Part shown: piece after piece, positions 56,427 to 64,000 of the stretch
Layout: each line of letters starts with the position of its first letter
How positions within the stretch are numbered: the first letter of the stretch is position 1
Source: a phage
Direction: 5' to 3' (one strand)
DNA: 64,000 bases
Sequence record: PZ386969.1
The notes under the pieces: model-generated
Databases searched by the model: none
Told to the model about the DNA's origin: nothing
The model's input: only the letters and a program-made list of their open reading frames with translations
Translations under genes and position numbers: made by a program

Positions 56427-56474
56427 TTTCTTCCTCCTATGGGATTCGCCTATAGTTTACCCGATCCCCAAGAA

Positions 56475-56505
56475 CGAAAAAGCCGGAGTACAATGCTCCG
56501 GCTTT
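56475..56505 (-). terminator. intrinsic terminator (after HU-like gene)
   Basis: Minus strand AAAGCCGGAGCATTGTACTCCGGCTTTTTCG. Confidence 0.65.
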
Positions 56506-56554
56506 CTCTTTGCCATGCCCTGTATTGCAGAGCCTGGCCGCGCGTCAGATAGAA

Positions 56555-56833
56555 TTACTTGCCGTTGGCAGCGTTCTTCAGACCTTCGCCCACTTTGAAT
56601 TTCACAACGTTTTTCGCCGCGATCTGAATGGTCTGGCCGTCCAGAGGGTTGCGGCCTTCACGCGCTTCTTGGTGTTTCACTTCGAACGCACCGAAGCCGA
56701 CCAGCTGTACAGATGCGCCTGCAGCAACTGCAGTCTTAACACCGTTGATAAAGGATGCCACTACTTTCTCCGCTTCGCCTTTGGTGATGTTCTGGGTCGA
56801 AGCAATGTGGGCAACAAATTCAGTACGATTCAT
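56555..56833 (-). CDS. HU/IHF-family histone-like DNA-binding protein
   Basis: 92 aa; near-canonical HU signature (VQLVGFGAFEVKHQEAREGRNPLDGQTIQIAAKNV). Confidence 0.9.
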   Translation of the reverse strand: MNRTEFVAHIASTQNITKGEAEKVVASFINGVKTAVAAGASVQLVGFGAFEVKHQEAREGRNPLDGQTIQIAAKNVVKFKVGEGLKNAANGK

Positions 56834-56923
56834 CTGGATTTCTCCGTTGGGTTAATGTTTACTTTCATGTTCACTACAAGAGGACTACAGTTTAACTAAC
56901 AAATTTTATTGAATAAAGCGGAA

Positions 56924-57175
56924 TTAATAGCCTTTCGCCACGTCTTCAGTCGTCATCGTGCCATAACATCCACAGCGTTCACAAATCACTCTGACGCAAG
57001 GCTTAAAAGTCTGAATATTAGTCACAGGAACGTTCACCACCTTTGAAGAAACCTGCATTTCGCGGACTTCAACCCGTTGTTCGGCCAGGCGCTCATCGTC
57101 CAAGAAGGTGATCGTCTTGTGAGGACAACGCATTGACGATTCACCAACCCAGATTATTGCCATGTTGGGACTCAT
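56924..57175 (-). CDS. small Cys-containing protein (possible zinc finger)
   Basis: 83 aa with RCPHK...CVRVICERCGC. Confidence 0.4.
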   Translation of the reverse strand: MSPNMAIIWVGESSMRCPHKTITFLDDERLAEQRVEVREMQVSSKVVNVPVTNIQTFKPCVRVICERCGCYGTMTTEDVAKGY

Positions 57176-57468
57176 GATTTGACCTCCGATTTGGAGATTA
57201 ACGATTCCATCTCCTGACGACCAATGACAGTCTCAACTTTGTCTTCTTCAACCATCATTTCATTCAGAAGATCGTACCCCAGGACTTGTACACCAAAAGA
57301 CTTTTTGTTCAGTTCTGCCTCAATATTGAGAACTCGCTGAACCGTCAGGCCACCGGAAGAGAACGGTACTGGATAGAAGGCGGAACGCACTTGGACACAC
57401 CCATTTACGCTGTAACGAACCAGCAAGACATCACACCATACACCAGCCATATTATACCTCCACCGCAT
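57172..57468 (-). CDS. hypothetical protein
   Basis: 98-aa ORF overlapping neighbours at both ends. Confidence 0.4.
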   Translation of the reverse strand: MRWRYNMAGVWCDVLLVRYSVNGCVQVRSAFYPVPFSSGGLTVQRVLNIEAELNKKSFGVQVLGYDLLNEMMVEEDKVETVIGRQEMESLISKSEVKS

Positions 57469-58114
57469 GAGACTTCAGGAGTTCATCAATCTCTTTCTGT
57501 CCCATGTATGAGAACGGGGTGCGCTGGTAGAACGCCCAGAGTACTAACTGGACAACAGCACGGGAACGGGTTTCGGCCGTCATCACCAGGCCACTGAAAT
57601 GAGGAGACTCAGCTGTCCATTGTATCTCTTCGCCCAGGTCTTGATTACAGGTCACCGAGATGCGGAACTTGTTGCACAGATTGTCGACTTCTTTGTACGC
57701 ATCGGTAGACACACGAAGTTGTTCCGCATGTGCCCACGGAGTTGTGACGATTCTTTCACCCATCACTTTATCAGAGATAAACCAATCAATACATTCGGTA
57801 AACTCACTAAAATGGTCGATACGATAAATGCAGTCTCCCCCTTCCATAGAACGCATGGCATGATAGCGAGCGTCGATTTCGTTGTTGTGCATAGCGTTGA
57901 AGTCGATGAACACGCGACGCGCCAGCACAACATCTTCTGGTTGAAGTGCCAGGAAATCGTTCAGGCGGCTATAATGGAGGATATTGGAACCGTCGTGGTC
58001 ACGTGTGCAATATGCGTAATGGCTACCGATACGGGCGTGGGCAATATAAGACAACGGGGCGAAGAATAATCCGTCAGGATCAGGACCGACGATAATAGAA
58101 TAAAGTTTTTCCAT
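57452..58114 (-). CDS. hypothetical protein
   Basis: ORF track start is TTG; start at ATG (MEKLYSI) preceded by GAGAGACTATATC. Confidence 0.45.
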   Translation of the reverse strand: MEKLYSIIVGPDPDGLFFAPLSYIAHARIGSHYAYCTRDHDGSNILHYSRLNDFLALQPEDVVLARRVFIDFNAMHNNEIDARYHAMRSMEGGDCIYRIDHFSEFTECIDWFISDKVMGERIVTTPWAHAEQLRVSTDAYKEVDNLCNKFRISVTCNQDLGEEIQWTAESPHFSGLVMTAETRSRAVVQLVLWAFYQRTPFSYMGQKEIDELLKSHAVEV

Positions 58115-58170
58115 GATATAGTCTCTCAAATGAAAGGGCAGCTTTATGATAAGCCGCCCGAGGTTATTGA

Positions 58171-59040
58171 TTATTGGAAATCGCCAACATACATGTTCAG
58201 CTTGTCATCCCAATTCAGAACGACACGGATCGTTCCAGTATCTTCTGGGAAGGTCAGTTTGTCACACATGGCGCGATTAACATAAGTCCCACTCTGGTTC
58301 ACGTTGTAGTCCTTGCCTTGCATGATACCAAAACGCTTGAAGTCGCGAGTGACCATCATGTTCAGAGTTGTCCAAGGGATTGCATCGCGCAGGGCTTTGC
58401 ACAGGACGATCTTGCCATCCGACCTGAACGACACAAACAGCTCGTTGGCGACACGACGGCGAGTAGGCGGTTCAAGTTCACGCAGGGAAATGAATTGTGA
58501 ATTCTTTACCTTTTCTGCCAGCGTCTGTACTTCTGCTGGATCCGGCTTGAACGGCTCCACTGAAGAGTCAGACTTCATCACAACGTCACCCTTGCGCTTC
58601 TCGACCAATTGCTCCACAGCCTTTTGACTCACGGGTGGGAGGTATTTGGACTCAGGAACAACCGCTGGCTTGATGACAGGGCTTGCATCTGGTTTCGCCT
58701 TTGGGGTACTCCGAGCCGCACGCAGCTTTTCCTGGGCTTCCAGAATGCGCTCTTGACGAGAAAGCGGAGCCTTTGGGGTGATCTTCGTACTGAAGTCAGA
58801 AACTCCGACCCAGTCACCCTGGTCATTACGCTTGGCGACCAGAGTCAGTTTGTGGATGATACCCTGAAGTTTGCTCTCACGCAAGTTGTCGGCATACCAG
58901 AACTTCGCGCCCATCTCGAACTTCTCGGCGAAGATCACGCGAGCGTCTTCGTGTACCAACATAACTTTGGCTGCGTTGGGGGCAAAAGCCTTATTCTTTT
59001 CGATAATCGCCGCAGCGATTGTTTTGGTCAGGAGCATCAC
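58171..59040 (-). CDS. hypothetical protein
   Basis: 289 aa; two globular parts joined by a Pro/Lys-rich linker. Confidence 0.45.
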   Translation of the reverse strand: MMLLTKTIAAAIIEKNKAFAPNAAKVMLVHEDARVIFAEKFEMGAKFWYADNLRESKLQGIIHKLTLVAKRNDQGDWVGVSDFSTKITPKAPLSRQERILEAQEKLRAARSTPKAKPDASPVIKPAVVPESKYLPPVSQKAVEQLVEKRKGDVVMKSDSSVEPFKPDPAEVQTLAEKVKNSQFISLRELEPPTRRRVANELFVSFRSDGKIVLCKALRDAIPWTTLNMMVTRDFKRFGIMQGKDYNVNQSGTYVNRAMCDKLTFPEDTGTIRVVLNWDDKLNMYVGDFQ

Positions 59041-59076
59041 AGTGTATTCCTTCAGTTCACAATGTAGGGCTAAATT

Positions 59077-59403
59077 TTAACCCGAAACTTTATTTTGAAA
59101 TCCGACAAAGTCCTGGGCAATCCCCCGGCAATACATCAGGTCTTTCTTCGTTTGTGGACTGTTATCAGCCGCAGTCAGCATCATGGGAAGATCCAGCGCA
59201 TTCTCTATCTGATCAACACTGAACAGATCAAGGCGCTTCAGCTCTCCCTCGAAGTCAGACAGTAGGATAGATGTGTCTTTGTCATCTGGGTGGAACTGCT
59301 GATACGTCTCCATCCACGCCACACATGTGTTCAGTTTGGACGGTGGCGCGGCGTTTACACACCCGGCTATCAGTACCAACAAGAGCAGGATTTTACATTT
59401 CAT
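59077..59403 (-). CDS. lipoprotein (outer-membrane-type signal, lipobox LIAGC)
   Basis: ORF track start is GTG; ATG start; MKCKILLLLVLIAGCVNA signal with lipobox Cys; one-base overlap with the upstream stop. Confidence 0.5.
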   Translation of the reverse strand: MKCKILLLLVLIAGCVNAAPPSKLNTCVAWMETYQQFHPDDKDTSILLSDFEGELKRLDLFSVDQIENALDLPMMLTAADNSPQTKKDLMYCRGIAQDFVGFQNKVSG

Positions 59404-60089
59404 CACTCGTTCTCCTTCATCATATTGTCGCAGTCAACACGAGTCTGCTGGAGTTCGCGCGACATGCGAGGATCATCAAGGTTCACGCTCAGATTCGTGG
59501 CCAGGTCTTTCAGACCGTTCTGAACCCTGTCTTCAAAGTAATAATCGTTCTCCACCAACCATGCCCTGAGGCCGAGGGCGCGGGTGCGCCATTCCTTCTT
59601 CAGGACGCGATCAGAGGTCTGCGTGGCGCTGTATTCGAATACTTTGACGCACTGGTTGCCATCGTTGATGAGGTTCAGGTGACGGCGGCCTATCTGCACA
59701 CCCTTCTGTAATGCCGGAGAAGGGAGCGAACGGCACTGTCTTACGGTCATTCGGCCTTGGGTGCCCATACGCCCAGTCATGATCAAATCGCCAGCCTCCA
59801 TGCCTCCACGGTTAAATTCGTCGTCATTGAGGTAGCCCTTGAGGTTATAGGCTCCCTGTTTGTAACGGTTGAACTCAATTCCGGCATTGACGACAGCAGT
59901 GGAGACGTTGCCTGTGTTCCAGAGTTCAGCGAAGTTCTCTATGGAACCAGACTTGTCGATGGCAACCGCCTGGGAGAACCCAGCACAATAGGAAAGGTCG
60001 GACCACAGTTTATCACCTGTGGAGTTCAGCTTGGCAGCGGCGGGTAATGCCAGACCAGCCAGCACAACCCCGAGGATTAAACGTTTCAT
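59403..60089 (-). CDS. secreted/periplasmic protein (signal peptide)
   Basis: ORF 59403..60254; start moved to ATG (MKRLILGVVLAGLALPAAA) with GGAGAA RBS; Sec-type signal peptide. Confidence 0.45.
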   Translation of the reverse strand: MKRLILGVVLAGLALPAAAKLNSTGDKLWSDLSYCAGFSQAVAIDKSGSIENFAELWNTGNVSTAVVNAGIEFNRYKQGAYNLKGYLNDDEFNRGGMEAGDLIMTGRMGTQGRMTVRQCRSLPSPALQKGVQIGRRHLNLINDGNQCVKVFEYSATQTSDRVLKKEWRTRALGLRAWLVENDYYFEDRVQNGLKDLATNLSVNLDDPRMSRELQQTRVDCDNMMKENE

Positions 60090-60168
60090 GGTGATTCTCC
60101 TTATTTCATTGGATGAAATGATAGGCGGCTCACCATGATGAGTAAAGGGTTTCAATAAACTATCGTAT

Positions 60169-60618
60169 TCAGAAACGGGTATCGCTGACCGTTCTGTATC
60201 GCACACCCTGAAACTGTTTAGCGAGTTTAACAAATTCCATCGCTGGCAAATCAACTTTGTAGACCTTCATGCGCTGTTTGCCGTCCATGTTCAACGCAGC
60301 GACAAATCGGTGAGAACCGTCAACAACGTAATTGTCAGAAGACACCCAAACTCGACCCATAGGTTTCTTATTTCTGATCTGCTTCATAATCTTCCAGACC
60401 TTCATTTTATTGATTTCGTTCTGGGTAAGACGAAGCATTTTGATGGGCACTTGCACAGCATCTATGGACACGCCGTTGTCTTCAAGATATTTGTGAAAAT
60501 CTTCTTGTTTGTCGGCATCGATTTGCGGCATAGAAGAACGCGAAAGCCCGAGGTTCCCAACAGGGATCCTCAGGCCGTTAATGATGTTCAACCAGTCAAT
60601 AAAGGATGTAAGGAACAT
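60169..60618 (-). CDS. ParB/sulfiredoxin-fold nuclease-like domain protein
   Basis: Segment YVVDGSHRFVAA resembles the ParB-like nuclease DGxHR core; 149 aa. Confidence 0.4.
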   Translation of the reverse strand: MFLTSFIDWLNIINGLRIPVGNLGLSRSSMPQIDADKQEDFHKYLEDNGVSIDAVQVPIKMLRLTQNEINKMKVWKIMKQIRNKKPMGRVWVSSDNYVVDGSHRFVAALNMDGKQRMKVYKVDLPAMEFVKLAKQFQGVRYRTVSDTRF

Positions 60619-60650
60619 GACACACCTCGGGATATAGGGTTATCCCTTAG

Positions 60651-60842
60651 TTAGCGCATCCATCGATCCTTTCTCTCTTTCTCCTTGCGTTCGCGACGTT
60701 TCTGGTCGGATCGGAATAACCAATAGAAGAAGTTCCCACCCAAGATGAAAACCACCGCGATTATTACTAGGACACCCTTCACAATTTCCCAAACCAATTC
60801 TTTATCCAAATTATACCTCGTCTTCTTCAGGTCTACCGTCAA
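60651..60842 (-). CDS. small membrane protein
   Basis: TM helix VLVIIAVVFILGGNFFYWLF followed by a highly basic tail. Confidence 0.35.
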   Translation of the reverse strand: MTVDLKKTRYNLDKELVWEIVKGVLVIIAVVFILGGNFFYWLFRSDQKRRERKEKERKDRWMR

Positions 60843-61098
60843 TCAGGATACGAGCAGTGTCGAAACCTTCCCCGCCCGTGTTCAACAGCTTGGTCAGATC
60901 ATCAAGAGTATAGACAGGACCAAGATCAGCCTGGCGAAGAACGAACTCGAGAAGCCCGTAGAGCGCCGATTGGAATCGGGAGTTGTCGATGTCGTTCTTG
61001 ACTTCCATCAGGCGGACAACATTGGCAGACTGGACATAACTCAGCTGAGTCTTACCTTTCACCATGACTTTCACGGAACGGCGTTGTTCAGGCGTCAT
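60811..61098 (-). CDS. hypothetical protein
   Basis: 95-aa ORF overlapping neighbours at both ends. Confidence 0.35.
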   Translation of the reverse strand: MTPEQRRSVKVMVKGKTQLSYVQSANVVRLMEVKNDIDNSRFQSALYGLLEFVLRQADLGPVYTLDDLTKLLNTGGEGFDTARILIDGRPEEDEV

Positions 61099-61473
61099 AA
61101 TGTTCCACCCCCGACAGAGATCAAGAACTCTTCTTGCATGGTCTTGACCGGGTGGTGGTTGCGGGTTTCGAACATGAAGCCCCAGCCACCGTCGGCGACG
61201 TTGCCAAAGGTCTTGACACCAAAGGACTTCGTCCCGTTGGAGCAGGAATAGATGTCCAGGACGTATGGGCTACCCTGATTGTCGATCCCACGATTCACGT
61301 CGTCTGATACGCAGCGCTCAATCATCTTCCCGTTCTTATACAGAACGAGGTCTTGACCATACGCCTTGAAAGCATAAACACCGTTGGTAGACACCCCAGT
61401 GATGACAGGAGGGGCGGAAACAGCAGCAAAGGAAGCTCCCAGCAGGGCAACAGCGAGGATTAACTTTTTCATG
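61095..61473 (-). CDS. secreted protein (signal peptide)
   Basis: ORF 61095..61517; start moved to ATG (MKKLILAVALLGASFAAVSA) preceded by AGAGACTATATC. Confidence 0.45.
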
Positions 61474-61531
61474 ATATAGTCTCTTGGTTTCAAATGGGCG
61501 GGGTAATCATACCCCACCCAAAGTTATAGAA

Positions 61532-61771
61532 TTAACTGATGTGCTTCAGAAGAGCGAAGAGGATCGCGGCCTTGGCCTTTACCTTTCCCACGATGCCTGT
61601 CTCGACATCAACTTCTTCAGCAACCCACTCCTTTCCCTTCTTGCTGATGATCACGTCACGGCGCTGGGCATATACCTCTTTGGTCGCATACACGCGGCGG
61701 AATCCTTTGGCGCGGAGCAAGCCCCAATTACGATCAATTTCTACTGAGGTTTCTACCATTTTGTTCTTCAT
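61532..61771 (-). CDS. hypothetical protein
   Basis: 79-aa basic protein; ATG preceded by AGATTATATC; early promoter upstream. Confidence 0.4.
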   Translation of the reverse strand: MKNKMVETSVEIDRNWGLLRAKGFRRVYATKEVYAQRRDVIISKKGKEWVAEEVDVETGIVGKVKAKAAILFALLKHIS

Positions 61772-61822
61772 GATATAATCTTACCTTTCAACCCGGTGAA
61801 CCCATCGTTCGCCAGTTATTGA

Positions 61823-61852
61823 ATAATACGCATTTACCTTATAGAAGTAAAC
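61823..61852 (-). promoter_or_regulatory. early promoter F (-35 GTTTAC, about 18-nt spacer, -10 TATTAT)
   Basis: Minus strand GGGGTTTACTTCTATAAGGTAAATGCGTATTAT directly after the terminator of the ACP-like gene. Confidence 0.4.
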
Positions 61853-61860
61853 CCCTAAAG

Positions 61861-61885
61861 TAAAAATTCCCAACGTTTGTTGGGG
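61861..61885 (-). terminator. intrinsic terminator (after ACP-like gene)
   Basis: Minus strand CCCCAACAAACGTTGGG followed by AATTTTTA. Confidence 0.6.
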
Positions 61886-61892
61886 ACTTCTG

Positions 61893-62216
61893 TTATTTGC
61901 GCAGGGCAACCACGAGTTCAGCGAGTTCACCCATGGTCGGGTCATCGCCTTTACTACCCAGCCAACCGTCGTCGATTTCGACCTGAAACTCTTCTTCTAG
62001 TTCCATTACGATTTCGATGGCATCCAGTTCATCACCGCCGAGGTCTTTCTTGGTACGGAGGCCAGCCAGCTTGTCCAGGGCGTCCTCGTTTTGAGATGCC
62101 ACGTCGTCCAGCAATTTGCGCTTGTCATCGTCACGCCACAGATCCATATTCAGATTGTCAGTGGCGTACTGAGCCAGATGACGCATGACTTCAACATATG
62201 TTGGTTTACTGCTCAT
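61893..62216 (-). CDS. acyl-carrier-protein-like protein with Glu in place of the phosphopantetheine-attachment Ser
   Basis: C-terminal region DLGGDELDAIEIVMELEEEFQVEI matches the ACP core [20 protein letters not shown] except DSL is DEL (GAT GAA CTG GAT in the DNA); 45-aa N-terminal extension. Confidence 0.55.
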   Translation of the reverse strand: MSSKPTYVEVMRHLAQYATDNLNMDLWRDDDKRKLLDDVASQNEDALDKLAGLRTKKDLGGDELDAIEIVMELEEEFQVEIDDGWLGSKGDDPTMGELAELVVALRK

Positions 62217-62226
62217 GTTATTACTC

Positions 62227-62252
62227 CAAAGAAAGGCGGGTTGCCCCGCCCG
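62227..62252 (-). terminator. intrinsic terminator (after 565-aa gene)
   Basis: GC-rich hairpin (GGCGGG/CCCGCC) followed by TTTCTTTGG on the minus strand. Confidence 0.5.
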
Positions 62253-62257
62253 TTGGA

Positions 62258-63955
62258 TTAGATTTTGATTTCTTTCTCTGTCAGTTCGGCAGTGACCTTG
62301 TACTTCACGCCATCCACTTCAACTTCCATGGTGGACTCTTCCAGGTCGAGGTCGGTGAACCAGCCATGGCCAGCAACGATACCATAAACCACTTTAGACA
62401 GCGTCTTGTTAAGGGCACGGACTTCGGTGATGGCCGCCTTGGCAGCAGCGTCGATCCAGTTTTCGATCAGCTGTTTCTGTAAGGCTTCAGGCACGGCAGT
62501 GATCATAGGAGACTTCACGAATGCTTCGTACTCCTTCAGCGCATTGGCGATGAACAAGTCACCAGCATTGAGTTTCTTGTTCTCGGCAATCTTCTTCTGT
62601 ACCGCTGCGATAGACGGTAGAGAAGAAGCGCCAGCGATCTTAACGTTCAGCTCACGGCTCATGTAGAAGTCGGTAGACTCTTTGGTCTCAGTCTTCGGTG
62701 AGAAGCCGTAATCGCGGATGCCGTAGGAGGACAGGAACTCGGCCGCCTCAGCGCCGTACTGTACTGCCAGGCCTTTGGCGTTACCTTTACCAACCAGGGC
62801 GTCTCGATAGAACTTCAGCACCTTCTGCTTGCCTTTCAGGGCTTCCAAACGGACATTATCCGCAAAGAACTGAGCAGCACTGATGTTCTTGACCATGGCA
62901 CGGTTGACCAGCGGTACGCTTTCCAGGTTCAGGATGAACACTTCCGGACCACCGAACACATGAACACCCATCTCGATCAGCTTCTGTACAACTTCGATAT
63001 CAGCCTTGAACGGCAGAGTCTTCACGTTAATGATACCGTCTTTGACGATGGTATAGTTGCGCCACTGGAAAGTATCCAGTTCTTCAGGCAGGCCAAACTT
63101 CTTCTGTGCGAATTCAGGCACAGCCACAGTACCGTGTTGAATTGTACGCACACTGATGTTCGGGCGCTCGGAGTTATAGACCAAATCACTGATTGGCACA
63201 ACACCCAGATCGTTGGTAGGTTCGAACGTCGGGTTCCACTCTTCGTGTTCTGCCAGCTTGAGAGCCAGGGCTTTACGCTCTTCTTTGGACTGAGCATTCG
63301 CGATCTGTTCTGCCAGCTTGTCTTCGGTGTCGTCGGTTTTCTGCACAGTACCGCGCCCGATACTCTTATAGGAGAACATCGGATGCTTGGTAGCAACAGG
63401 CACACCAGCTTCAGCCAGGTACGTCAGCACATCAACGACGGTGGTCGCGTCTTCGGCCGGAACCAGGTCATAGTCAATACCGTCAACACCACGCAGCTGG
63501 TCGTCAACAATCGCCTGTACCAGATCGTTCTTGATGTTGGAGTAGTCCTGCTTGGTGAAGCAGTTGCTGTACTGTTTGATGAAGCGAACGTCACCCGTTT
63601 TCTTCAGCGCAGCCCAAACCAGATCTGCGTCCATAGTGTGTACACCGTAGAACGCCAGCACGTATGCCGCCTGGATATCCGCCAGCGCATCAAGCTGGTC
63701 GATCATGTTAGGATCGACGACCCACAGCTTCGTGACGCTCTCAGGGATGCTCACGTGGCCGATAGGATGATCTTCATCCGGCTGTACCGCCAGCACGGTC
63801 GCCGCGCCGTTTTCAACATAGATGGCGTGGGTGTATAGCAGGGGTACATCAACAACTACTTTCGGTACAGAAGACTTCAGTACGTTTTCCAGCTCGGTCT
63901 GATATTCGGTCTGGCCTTCGGCGAAAACGTGGGTTGCACCAGATCGTTCGGCCAT
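62258..63955 (-). CDS. hypothetical protein (565 aa; 5' end may extend past the ORF-track start)
   Basis: Long ORF ending with an intrinsic terminator; no P-loop or catalytic motif recognised; start lies 45 nt from the window edge. Confidence 0.45.
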   Translation of the reverse strand: MAERSGATHVFAEGQTEYQTELENVLKSSVPKVVVDVPLLYTHAIYVENGAATVLAVQPDEDHPIGHVSIPESVTKLWVVDPNMIDQLDALADIQAAYVLAFYGVHTMDADLVWAALKKTGDVRFIKQYSNCFTKQDYSNIKNDLVQAIVDDQLRGVDGIDYDLVPAEDATTVVDVLTYLAEAGVPVATKHPMFSYKSIGRGTVQKTDDTEDKLAEQIANAQSKEERKALALKLAEHEEWNPTFEPTNDLGVVPISDLVYNSERPNISVRTIQHGTVAVPEFAQKKFGLPEELDTFQWRNYTIVKDGIINVKTLPFKADIEVVQKLIEMGVHVFGGPEVFILNLESVPLVNRAMVKNISAAQFFADNVRLEALKGKQKVLKFYRDALVGKGNAKGLAVQYGAEAAEFLSSYGIRDYGFSPKTETKESTDFYMSRELNVKIAGASSLPSIAAVQKKIAENKKLNAGDLFIANALKEYEAFVKSPMITAVPEALQKQLIENWIDAAAKAAITEVRALNKTLSKVVYGIVAGHGWFTDLDLEESTMEVEVDGVKYKVTAELTEKEIKI

Positions 63956-64000
63956 CTGCGCCAGCAGTTCGCGGTTACAGTGCCAGCCGTATTCGATGAA

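Noticed and set aside
62960-63838. 292-aa plus-strand ORF antisense to the 565-aa gene
   Set aside because: Fully embedded antisense in a longer ORF that has its own terminator and operon context; no start signals
1-64000. CRISPR arrays, tRNA genes, integrase or transposase genes
   Set aside because: No spaced direct-repeat arrays; no tRNA T-loop signatures in the larger intergenic gaps inspected; no recombinase or transposase motifs in any ORF

Overview
The window reads as a contiguous piece of a large virulent T4-superfamily-like myophage genome, with no host genes, tRNAs, CRISPR arrays or transposases seen. Most of the minus strand carries early/middle genes: replication and recombination (DnaB-like helicase, primase, UvsX-like recombinase, gp32-like SSB, ATP-dependent DNA ligase, SbcCD-like nuclease, RNase HI, RuvC-like resolvase, DinG-like helicase), nucleotide metabolism (NrdA/NrdB/glutaredoxin, thymidylate-synthase-family enzyme, two P-loop kinases, dUTPase-like pyrophosphatase), PhoH, an HU-like protein, a gp55-like late sigma factor and an endolysin. 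Plus-strand islands carry late structural genes (gp5-like spike with a CHAP peptidase domain, gp25-like wedge, tape-measure-like protein, and a plus-strand dCMP deaminase). The most interesting signal is a translationally coupled nucleotide operon which, together with the dCMP deaminase and the HU-like protein, resembles the gene set of phages that replace thymine with hydroxymethyl-uracil-derived bases; this is inference, not proof. Other points worth follow-up are a PspA/IM30-like protein, an acyl-carrier-protein-like protein lacking the modifiable serine, a family of near-identical early promoters with a T4-type GTTTAC -35 box, exact TATAAATA late-promoter boxes, and two small membrane peptides missing from the ORF track. 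CDS ends come from the ORF track; many starts were moved to internal ATGs with better ribosome-binding sites, because the track's first codon is often TTG/GTG. Promoter, terminator and small-ORF coordinates were read by eye and may be off by 1-2 nt. All functional calls rest on motif recognition from memory, not on database searches.
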